From the NCBI GenBank assembly GCA_016748015.1, contig JAAOMT010000070.1:310001-374000 (forward strand): a stretch of 64,000 nt of DNA, read 5' to 3'. The translations under genes were made by a program, and so were the position numbers. Positions within the stretch are counted from its first letter, which is position 1; the number at the start of each line of letters is the position of its first letter. The stretch is from Geosiphon pyriformis uo1 (lineage: Eukaryota; Fungi; Glomeromycota). Of the stretch, positions 51,701-63,640 are shown piece after piece. A model generated the notes under the pieces. The model was not told the DNA's origin, made no database searches, and was given only the letters and a program-made list of their open reading frames with translations.

Positions 51701-53165
51701 AAATAACCCCTTAGAAACAATCAACATCATCCTCATCCCAAATCTAGATGCTTTTTTCAACATAAAAACAGGCCCAAAAGAGTTTTATAAACACTATCAG
51801 AAATTGGCATCAACAAAAGAAGAGCAAAAGCAACGTTTAGAAGAAATAAACACAAGACTATGTAATTACTGTCTAATTTTATGTGACTTTTAATATTGTA
51901 ATAAGTGTAACTTCATTTACAATCTACCATCACACATGATCTACACAATCCCAGAAGAAGATGAACCAATTAGCAGCTGTGCATCAAAATTAGAATCAAT
52001 TTTAATCTTGATTTAAACTCTAATAATGATGATGATAAAAACAACAGTTCCAGCTCCACCCAATATGACAATAAAAATAACAATAATTCGAACTCTGATA
52101 CAAACCCCAAAACATATATCACACTCTCTAATCTCATCAAGAAGCAAGAGCTAAAATGGTTCAACAATAATAACAAAGATATTATGCCTGAATGCACACA
52201 TGATACTAATACAGGATTTGATCTGAGATATCCAGTATTACTCATAGAAATATAGGGAATATATATTAGCATAGTTATTAGCCAATCAGAAGTAGACATA
52301 GTAAAATATGGAATTCCAGGATTCTTCTCAGGAATTGCAGGATTCCAGGAATTACAGGATTCTTATAAAGAATCGCAGGATTTTAGAATTCCAGGATTCC
52401 TCTCAAAGGAATTGCAGAATTCCAGGAATCCCAGGATTTCTGTTGTAAAGAATTGAGAAATTGAGGAATCTCAATTATGTATATATAGCAGTAGGATTAG
52501 AAGCTGAAAAGACAGACTTCTCAGTTTAGATTTCATCTAAACAACTTTCCAAACCACAAATAAATAACTGTTTGTTATCTCAAACCTGCTGCCACTATCA
52601 ATACTTCATGTTGATAGTAATTGATACTTAACTACACTGGAACAATAGCTCTTAATTATTGCTATTGACGGAATACTAACTTGCAAATTGCCTTGGCTTA
52701 TTTCTTTTCTTTTTTTATTTTCTTTTCTTTTTTTTATTTCTTGCTTTGATTTTATTGTTGTTTACTAACTCTATTGAGAATTAATGCACAAGGTACTGAC
52801 ATCAGAATAAATGTGACTGGTAAAAGACCCAGAAATAAGAGTAAAACACTCGATTGATGATAGCTTACCAGAAGAAATACCAGCCATCAAGCTGAGAAAG
52901 AAATTGATGAAACTGTGGTTTTGGGAAGCTATGGATAAAACTATTATCATTGAATCTCTGTCTATTATACAAAAAACTCAACCAAACTCTTCGAATACAA
53001 ATTCTTCAGACACAAACCTTCAGATCACTATCAACTGCAACTAGATTGGAGCACCAAGTTATGAGTTTGTTACTTAATCCAACACCAAAAATAGTCACCT
53101 GTAACATTTGGTGCTTACTGTAAGGTATAATCTTACAGAAAACCAGCACCAACACAAATTTAAAA

Positions 53166-56100
53166 GTGGCAGAATCAGAAAACATAGAAGCAAACCATCT
53201 AAGATTTGCGAAATCTTTATTTTAACACTACTGTCAACATTTGGGATTAAATCACAACCACATATCAGTGGAATTAGCTTTCAATTTCTATGTCAATGAA
53301 AAAATTGTCTATCTGTTAGAAACACCAGTAAATATTGAATCAGCAAGAGAAGCCTTTTATAGTGAATTAATTCAAAATACCAATCTGCCAACAAATCACA
53401 ATTTTGCCTCTATTATCACGGAAATCAACAAAGAAATTGAACACCATACACAGCAAAGATACTCCATTACTTATGCAAGCAAAGGCAAAAGAAAACTGCA
53501 AACACCAGCAATAACACCCAAAAGAATACAACCACCTACTTGGAAGAAAACAAGAGTTGAGTCCTCAACTAATCCATCATACCACTATACATCTGGAAGC
53601 ACAATTAATATTACATCTACTGGCACGGCCACATCAAACACGACATTAACATTTGGACAATTCTTATTCCAAAGTAAACAGAGGAAAGCAGAGTTATTAG
53701 AACCATACAGTACATATTTTGAAGGATTTAACTTGTGATTATCAACGCCATCAGGACTCCAATTATCACTGTCTCCTCCAGATTTCAGAATTTCTGATTC
53801 ATAGAAAGTAATGGAATTAGAAGAAAAGGAAGATAAAGAAGCTGAAGATCAAGAATTCACTTACCAGAACCTGATCACTGAAAACCCAAAATTTGAAACT
53901 CCAAATCTTCAAACACAGCAAAATCTAAACCCAAAAAATCCTGAAATCGAAACTCCGAATATTTAGACACCACCAATTCAGGATAATCGAAACCCTAATT
54001 TAATTAATTAACCAAATTTATCTCTGATAATCGTCATCGATCAATTACCAATTAATCCAATAGCCAAACCCATACAACTGCCACTTCAACTACCACCCCA
54101 ACAACCTGTGCAACAACAACCACTTCAACTACCACCACAACAATCCAACTTAAATCCAATGGCCTATGCACTAATTGCAAAACTTGACAATTTTACCAGC
54201 AAAGAGGATGACATTCAAATATGGCTTAACGACGTTGAAAAAGCCATAGTGGCCAACAGATAGAATGACAGTAGAGCTTTTCAAGCAATTGCCTATTTTT
54301 TCAAAGATACTGCCAACTCATGGTATCAAAGCTTAGCTGCCAAACCACAAACCTTCAATGAGTTCAAAACAGAATTCTTGAGATACTTTAGTAATAACAA
54401 TAGTATCAATCACTTGACCAATACATTCACCACCATCAAACAAGGTGACACAGAAGCAATCACCACTTACTTGAGATGCTTCCATAGAAATCTGCACCAA
54501 ATTCAGGCAATCCAAGCTGATTACTTTACAGTGCCACAGATCTTAAACCAGTTCATTAGAAGATTGTGCAGTAGCATCTTTCAGCAAATACGTTCAATGC
54601 ATCCAGTTGACCTCCTAACTACTATCACTCATGCCAGAGATTTTGAAGCAGCCGAGCTAGAAGCCAACCACGCCCAAGCTGTAAATTTAGTAATGAATAA
54701 ATCATCTGACTTGGATTCTAAACTGAAACAATTCAGTAATACAATCAATCAGAAACTAGAGGGATACTTAGCAGACAATTATGCAATTTATCAACCACCC
54801 CAATGATGTAATAATTCAGGAAATGCAAATCATTTCCCAAATCAATTGTGTCCATTATCCTCCACCAATCAGTCATGGCAGCCAGAAACACACGTTTGCC
54901 ACAACTGTGGTAAACAAGGTCACATTAAAGCCGACTGTCAATTTTATAGCAACAATTCACGATCAGGAAATCAATATCAAAACCCCGATTGTAGATTTCA
55001 AACTCAAAATCACTACCCAAATCAAGACCAATATCAAACCACTTACCTGCCAATGACACAGCAACCAATCTATCAACTACCAGTATATCAACCTCCAATT
55101 TATTAACTGCAGCCACCAGTAATTTATCAGCCACAGCCCCAATTAATTTATCAGCCCCAACAACCAATTCAAACACTACTCTAAAACCCCACTCAAATGA
55201 TATCAGGAAACCCAAGACCTAGAATCACTCAAAACTAAAGATCGGTGATAGTTGTTCATCAACTGATCCCCAGCTTTTTTCACCAACCATCAGGCTCTCG
55301 ACAGTGGAATCTGGGTATTAGTTCTACTCAAAATTTGAATTTCCAGAACTATTTAAGTCTCCTGGTTACCCCAGAAGATGCCACTACCAACAACTCGGAA
55401 TCCAACCCATTCTAAACAACACTCACCAACAATATTCTACCAGCAATGGTCACCGAAAATGAATCTCTCGCAGCCATCTTTCCTTTCAAATTAGAGGAAA
55501 CCATCAACTCATCTTTGTTCAATGAAGCAGCACTTGAGGAGAAACTCATTACCATGATGTACACTGATGTGAAAGTTGATAATTACTTCATCAAACTGAT
55601 CTTAGATAGTAGATCAGCTGATAGTATCATTACAAGACAACTCATGGATCAATTAAGTCACTGAGTTGATTGCGCTGTCAGCACCAGAATTATTACAGCC
55701 AATAAAATGACAAAAACACCCATTAAAGAGATTGATAATTTCCCCATAGAAGTGAATGGCATCATAATACCAATCAAAGTACTCATCATAGAAGCCACTC
55801 AATACCAAGCACTCATTGGGAATGACTGGCTATCCAAAACCAACGTGACATTAGATTGGAACACCCAAAAGCTTCAGCTTAGCCAGAATGGTCAACACAC
55901 ACGAATACCAACCATGTGTAGCCATTTCAAGCCCATTACCACACCATCAACACCACTTATCAAATTCGAGGAAGAAAAAGTGAAACCCATCTGGGAAGCA
56001 TACCAAGTCTTGTGGGCCAACGTCGACCACAACAAACTGCTGCCAATACTCGCCTGGGACAACAATGACAACAGAAAAAAAAAACAAAAAAAAAAACCTA

Positions 56101-59100
56101 TCTGGAAAGCCACCATTGATGCTTGAACCGACAACAACCAAAGTGAGATGCCACCAATTCTAGATTAGGAAGAAAAGAACAAGGAAAAAGAAAAAAGAAG
56201 AGAAGAAAACATATCTGAAGAAACCACCACTGCAGAAGAAATAACTAGTGGCTGAGAAAAGGAATATTCATGTGAACCAATAAAAAAGCCACCATATATA
56301 CCTCTCAAATACAAGGACTGTGAGAAGAAACTGTTCTCAATAGAAGCTTGAGTAGTACCAAACAAAGACTATTGGACGCAAACCCATTACTATTGTAAGT
56401 CCTACCATAAGGAACAATATGGCTACCCAAAAAGACAAGGCAAGTAGAACAATGAACCATGTCTCACTTGCAGCAAACAATTACTCAATGAAGGAATATG
56501 AAATGACATTTCTGGTCGAAGAGAAACGTGCAATGCTTTGTGCCAGTACACAATTCTCATTAGCGACTGGGTAAGTTATGGTATGCTCATCACAGCAGCA
56601 TAGCACTGAGCTATATCCCACCTAGATAGCTATTTACATGACGAGGACAAAATCTGGCAAATGGCCAATGCCAAAATAAAAGGCGCTTCACCCAGTGAAA
56701 TTCTAGAGATCAAGAATAACCTTTCAGAACCAACAAACATTGTTTTGGTTCTCAATTCAGACACTTTTATCAACTTAGAAAACAGCCCAGAAGAATTTTA
56801 TGAACACTACCAGAATCTAGCACTCATGAAAGAAGAGCAAGAGCAATGCTTGGAAAAAATCAACATCCAATTATGTGACCACTGTTTGATTCCATGTGAC
56901 TTCTAATTCTGTAATGAGTATAACTTTATCTACAATTCACCACCACGCATGATCTACATAATCTCCAAAGAGGAAGAACCAATCAGCAGCTGCACATCAG
57001 AATTGGAATCACCATTTGATTCCAATTCAAACTCTGACAACAATGATAATGAAAACACTGGTTCCAGCTCCATCTAATATGGCAATAATAACAATGACAA
57101 TTTCTACTTAGATTCAAACTCCGATTTAAAATCTGAACAATATATCGCAATTTCTGACCTCACCAGAGAATTGGAACTAAAATGGTTCAGTGATAATAAT
57201 GAAAGTATCATGCTGGAACATGCACATGATACTGATGCCAGATTTGATCTGAGGTATCCAGGAAAAGATGCCATCAAATTGGAACCACATTTGCACACCT
57301 GCATAGATCTTAAAATAGTCTTGGAAATTTCAGCAATAACAATGATTTAACTAGCTTCGAGAAGTAGTTTAGTGAAAAGAAGAATAAACATCAGAGAAGA
57401 AATAATTGATGCAGGATATGTAGGAAATATCATTGCTATACTACAAAATGATTCAGAAAAGGCCTATGTTATAGAGCCAAATAAAAGGATAGCACAGGCA
57501 ATATTTCTACCTTTAGTTAAAATAGCTCAATTAGTGTTAATAAGAAATAGAGAAGAGTTAGGGATAACAGCAAGAGGGATACAAGGATTTGGATCAACAG
57601 ATAGAATAGTTGTACCAGTCAATATGGTGGAGAAAAAAATTATTGGCCAAAGAGAAATTATCTCAACTGGTCAAACAATTTCTATTTCACCATATAGCCA
57701 ATACATGTTAACAATAGAAAGGAGAGAGAAAGAGCAAAAACAGATTTTTGAAGCAGAAGCAACCCTTTGTGAATCAGGAAAAATTGGACTTATCAATCTA
57801 CACATACCAGTCAAGAGCCATAACCATATCAAAATTTCCATCTACAACAATACCAGAAATGTTGTAAAGATACTGGAAAGAACCACTCTCAGATATTTAA
57901 CCACAGAAATTGAAGATCAAGCACCAAGCAGCATTCCAGATTTTTTACAGCTTTGTGAATATGTGGACATTACATCACAAACCATCTATGAACAAAACGA
58001 ATGTTATCTGTTACAGCCAGAACAATTGGAACAGATGAATATGGGAAATTTAGACCCACTTCAACAGATACAACTAAAGATGTTACTCAATAATTTCAAT
58101 AACATTTTTGCCAGTAAAAACAAATTTGGCAGAACTGATATTATCCAGCATCAGATCAAGACTGGAGATGCAATGCCAATTAAACAGCAAGCATACAGGG
58201 TACCACCAGCCAGCCATAAAATCATTCATTAAGAGATCAACTGAATGCTTGACAATAGGTTAATTCAGCCATCAATGAGCCCATGGTTGTGACCAGTAGT
58301 ACTTGTCTATAAGAAGAATAGAAAAATCCGATTTTGTGTAGATTACAGGAAATTCAATAGTGTAACTCGTGGAGACAGCTATTCAACTCTATGAATACAA
58401 GAACTATTTGACGCTTTTGGTGGAAACAAATGGTTCTTAACATTAGATTTGAATAGTGGTTACTGGCAAGTAGCCATAGATCCAGCCAACAAAGAGAAAA
58501 CGGCATTTATCACAAGAGAGGGAAACTTTAAGTTTGAAGTTATGTCATTCTGCTTAACCAACATTTTAACTATATTCCAATGGCTAATGGAAATTGTGTA
58601 CACTAGCTTATTATGGAAATCAGTAGTTGTATACTTAGATGACATCAATGTGTTCTCAAAAACATTTAATGATCATTTACATCATCTCCAACAAGTGTTC
58701 GAAAGATTACAACAAGCAAGATTAAAATTGAATGCAACAAAGTGTTTTTTCGGCAAAACAGAACTAAAATTCTTGGAACACATAGTTAGCAAAGACAGCA
58801 TAAAAACAGATCCAGAGAAAATAGAGATAGTAAAGAACTTTTCAATACCAACCAACATAACCAAGCTGAAATCATTCTTGGGATTCACAAGCTATTATAG
58901 ACACTTCATAAAAAACTTTTCAAAGATAGCATAACTATTCAATGATCTTCAAACCAAAAATGCAAAATATGAATGAACTGAAACCCAGCAAAAAGCTTTT
59001 AACATCTTAAGAAGAAAGCTTATTCAAGCTCTGGTATTGATCTATCCAGATCATAGTAAACCATTCATCATTATCACCAATACATCAGGCCAAGTATTGG

Positions 59101-59424
59101 GAGCAGTACTATCTCAGAAAGGACCAAATAGAAGAAAACATCCAGTTACATATGCCAGCTGAGGTTTAACACCAACTGAAAAGAACTATGGAACACCAGA
59201 ATTAGAACATTTAGCAATCTATTGGGCAGTTATGAAATGGAAAAAATACTTGAGCCAAAAGTTTGAGGTATACACAGATCACAAAGGATTAATATCACTC
59301 TAAAAACAAGAATTTGGAGACAAAAGACAGTCAAGATAGAAAATGGCACTTTTGCCACATACATTATAAAAAGAGAAAAAACAATGGAAATGTTGATGGT
59401 TTGTTGCAAATGGGACAAATCTAA
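53166..59424 (+). pseudogene. Element A' Gag-PR-Cys-rich-dUTPase-RT-RNase H polyprotein (~2090 codons)
   Basis: ORF-track pieces 53241, 54378, 54846, 55446, 55707, 56661, 57372 and 58449 are all in the frame of GTG 53166. CHNCGKQGHIKADC knuckle, IDAGYVG, QGFGST, YLDD. An 11-nt deletion relative to A lies near 59360. Confidence 0.92.
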
Positions 59425-59485
59425 GAACATTTCAACCCAAAAATATAACAAAACCAAAACAATACTCACGAAAATATAACAAAAC

Positions 59486-60856
59486 ATGAACACACAAAAA
59501 TATCAACAACTTCAATATTATATAGATACTTAACAGTCAAGGAGAAATTATTTCAACTGGAACAAAAGAGGATCAAACAACAATCCAAATATTTTATTAC
59601 TCACCAAAATATACTTTATCAGAAAAATAGAAAAGATTTAGATCAACCAACCAGAGTAATTACAGAACCAGAAAAAGAAACAATACTGTTTAACATGTAC
59701 TCAGATCCAACTGCAATATATTTTCATAAAGAAGCAACCATAGAAAGAACCAAAAAGAGATACTATTGGCCATCAATATATCCAGACATCATCTAATATG
59801 TGCAAAATTGTAATGCTTGTCAAAGAAGAGAAAGAACAAGACCCAACAAACCATTGAGACCAATCAAAGTGGAACAACCATTTAACTGCATTGGAATTGA
59901 TTTAGTTGGACCATTGACAATTACCAGCAGAGGCAACAGATATATTGCAGTAGCCATGGACTATCTTACTAAATGACCAGAAGCCAAAGCACAAATACAA
60001 AATCCATTGCTGAATTCATCTATCAAGATCTGATTTGTTGACATGGATGTCCAAAAGAACTATTATCAGACCAAGGAACCCATTTTGTGAATAAAACATT
60101 AGCAGAAATAAGCCAAAGATTCGGAATTAAAAGACCACTATCATTATCATATCATCTACAAACCAATGGATTAGTTGAAAGATTTAATAGAACATTGTGT
60201 AAAGCAATAGCGAAACTCAGCCAAGAAAACCAGGATGAATGGGATTTGTTTATACCATCAGTATATTTGCTTATTAAACAATAAAGCAAGACACAACACA
60301 AGCAACACCATTTAAGCTAGTATACGGTAAAACAGCAATATTACCAGTTGAGATAGAAGTCAATACATATCTAACTGAACCAATAACTGAAGAAAATTTC
60401 CAAGAAACATTGTTAAGAAGAACATATGACTTAATGGAAACATTGGAAAACAAACAAAGAAGAGCAGCTGATAACATACAAAAGTCACAAGAGAAACAGA
60501 AAGAAAGACATAATAATCAACTACCAGACAAACCAGTTAAATTCAAAATTGGAGACAAAGTACTCTTACATCATACCAAAGCAGAAAAACAATAGAGTAG
60601 AAAATTTGACCCCAAATAGAATGGACCATTTAACATAGAAAAAATTCTAGGGAATGGAGCTTACAAATTAAGACTGGATAACAAAATCTTAATCAAAGCA
60701 GCACATAGAGATCAACTGAAACCATATTACAACATTACACTACTATTTACCAGTAATATTCCACAATTAGAAGTACAGAGGATACTAGTCTAACCAAAGG
60801 AGATTCCACGAGATCTGGAACTAATCATCATCATTGACAACAACACATTAAATTAA
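59486..60856 (+). pseudogene. Element A' integrase, stand-alone ORF
   Basis: ATG 61 nt after the RH stop. GIDLVGP, SDQGTHF, NGLVERFN, GPFNIEKILGNGAYKL. Confidence 0.9.
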
Positions 60857-60909
60857 TCCATAAAAGGAATATATAAAGACATGATAGACACGATAATAAA
60901 TATCAGAAA

Positions 60910-61538
60910 ATAGAAATTATAGATAACATCTACTTACTAGCACAACAATTCTTTCAATTGATTCAACACCAAGAAATGGAAATTACAATTAATCAACAAA
61001 CCATCTGATATCAAAACACTAGAAAGACATTACCACATAGAACACAGAAAAAAACAAAAAATACCATTGACAAAATCATTGTGAAAGTAAAATTAGCAAT
61101 AAAAGAGTCAACAAAAGAGTTACTATATTAAGAGTTGACTAAAAAAACTTGGAATTGGTGGATACAACAATTTCCAAGAAACTATTGTTATTTTTACTTG
61201 GGACAACACGTAAATATCCAGAATCTATATACGGATAAAACAAAGTGATTATTTGACACAAGAATATTACAACAATTAGAACATTTTGTGGGAAGAACAA
61301 CTTATCTATACAGGCCTGAGCCATATACCAAATACATACAGCATTTCAGGATCGACCAGAAATCTTACTCAACAAAGCAATGGATATGGTTACCAGTAAT
61401 CAATTAGGTAAGATCACTAACACTCAATTTGAAGAATTACAGACTCAAATAACACAAGTAATTCTCGAAAATAAAATTCAGGAAATATTTCAAGAAGGAG
61501 AATTAACAGAGTTAGATTTCAACAGAGCTCAATATTAA
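60910..61538 (+). pseudogene. Element A' ORF3
   Basis: Colinear with A 718-1347. Start mutated ATG>ATA, one 1-nt deletion near 61290, ends DFNRAQY* at the PPT. Confidence 0.72.
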
Positions 61539-62431
61539 AAAGAAGGGAATAATGTTACTTATAAAAATATAGAGAATATATATTAGCATAGTTATTAGCC
61601 AATCAGAAGTAGACATAGTAAAATGTAAAATTTCAGAATTTCTCTTAGGAATTGCAGAATTCCAGAAATTACAGGATTCTTACAAAAAATCGCAGGATTC
61701 CAAAATTCCAGGATTCCTCTCAAAGGAATTGCAGAATTCCAGGAATCCCAGGATTCCTGTTGTAAAGAATTGAGGAATTGAGGAATTGAGGAATCTCAAT
61801 TATGTATATATAGCAGTAGGATTAAAAGCTGAAAAGACAGATCTCTTAGTTTAGATTTCATCTAGACAACTTTTCAAACCACAAATAAATAACTGTTTGT
61901 TATCTCAAATCCACTGTCACTATCAACACTTTATGTTGATAGTAATTGATACTTAACCACACTGGAACAATAGCTCTTGATCATGGTTATTGATGGAATA
62001 CTAACTTGCAAATCACCTTGGCTTATTTTTTTTTTTTCTTTATTTTTTTTTCTTTTTTTTATTTCTTGCTTTGATTTTATTGTTGTTTATTAACTCTATT
62101 AAGGATTAATGTGCGGGGTACTGATGTCAAAATAAATATGACTGGTAAAAGACCCAAAAATAAGGGTAAAACACTTGATTGAGGATAGCTTATGAGGAGG
62201 AATACCGGCCATCAAGCTGAGAAAAAAATTGATGAAACTGCAGTTTCGGAAAGCTATGAATAAAACTATTACTATTGAATCTCTGTCTATTATACAAAGA
62301 ACTCAACCAAACCCTTCGGATACAAACTCTTCAAACACAAACCTTTAGATCACTATCAATTGCAACTAGATTGGAGCACCAAGTTATGAATTTGTTACTT
62401 AATCCAACACCAGAAATAGTCACCTGTAACA

Positions 62432-63640
62432 ACACTTATTATGTACATACAAACTTAGATTATGGCCAATAAAACAAGTTTTTTTACCATAAAAATCTAA
62501 TAAATCAGAAAAATCATGAGCAGTAATTCTAACAAACAAAGTATACAACAAAATTTGATACCAATTTTTTAAAACCCACAATTGTTTATTATTAATTATC
62601 AAAGTCACATGCACAGAATTTTTTCTATGAAAACTAACTATTTGGAAACAATCAAACTGGCAACATCTGATGATTCAATTCTACCAAGACTTTTTGCCAA
62701 AAACCGATCAACTATATCTTAATTGAAACCATCTTATTAATTTTAGAAAAAGCCAATTTCACAGCCAATTTGAAAAGATCTACTGGAATCTTCTTGACAA
62801 TTATTTTTCAATTCAAATGACTGTTTGGTTTTTTGACATCATTATTTACCAAGATTTTCTTACTGATAACCAGATTCTTAGCTTTTCCTAAACTTAATTT
62901 AAAAGTAAAAGTAGATCTTATGATGTTTGAAAATTTTGAGGAAATCAAAGCTTTTCCAAACTCATCAATACAATAAAAAAATTTTTTAATAAACAGCAAT
63001 TTATTCTTACTGGTTTTTTCAGGTATAGTTAATAATTTAACATCTAATGTAAAAAATTTAGCCAGCACAAAAATACGTTTTTTTAAAACTCATAACTTAT
63101 CAATAAGCAAATGCTTAAAGCCAGTAAATCTGAAAGATAAAAGTTCTAATATGTTATTATTATTACTTATTACATTAAACTTCAGTGTTTTTGGTAAATA
63201 ACCCAATATATACATATGAATACAAATTTTTCTTAGCATAGTGTTATCTATAATCTTGTCACCCATTGAAGTGTCTGAATTAGTATAACTGGTCTCTTTT
63301 ATGACTGTGTTTTTTATATTTTCAATATCTAAAAGACCATTAATACTGCTTGTAATGCTGCCAATGTTACTTCTCCAAAACACCACAGGTTTAATGCCAG
63401 AATTTACTATATTCTCCAAACTAATAGGGCCAGTAAATAAGTTAATTACAACACTATCAGCTTCAGATTTTTTTAGCTTTTTATATGATGCATTACAAGA
63501 GTAGACATTTTCTATATGCTTTTTTTTGGTATTAGAACAGATTTCTAAACCAATTAAGCCAGAGCTAAAACTATTAACAAATAAAGGTATGTTTAAAGAA
63601 ATAACTAAGAAAAAAACAGGAAAAAAAAAACTATATTTTT
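62432..63640 (-). mobile_element. LINE1 5' portion (ORF1 N-terminal half), displaced from its 3' portion at 10046
   Basis: Minus-strand ORF1-like peptide ending ...YGKKTCFIGHNLSLYVHNKC at the A' LTR. It continues in frame as VVICFSDEAF at 10050 on the plus strand, sharing TSD GTGT. The 5' boundary is approximate. Confidence 0.82.

Larger units (their letters stand above)
37444..52235 (+). mobile_element. Ty3/gypsy element C (relative of A): 5' LTR 37444-38270, gag split by element B, broken in dUTPase by A'
   Basis: LTR homologous to A, PBS TGGTGCTCTCTGTGAAG. Gag AESEIIGANHL-like at ~38333 resumes at 49728 after B. Protease and Cys-rich domain follow, then dUTPase motif 1 (GFDLRYP) abuts the A' LTR. 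Confidence 0.9.
52236..62431 (+). mobile_element. Ty3/gypsy element A' (10.2 kb, same family as A, opposite orientation)
   Basis: LTRs 52236-53106 and 61553-62431, PBS at 53109, PPT ~61537-61552. The flanks CCAG and ACAC do not match each other. Confidence 0.95.

Noticed and set aside
60910-61538. ORF3 as an envelope (env) gene
   Set aside because: Only ~210 aa, with no signal peptide, furin site or transmembrane segment.
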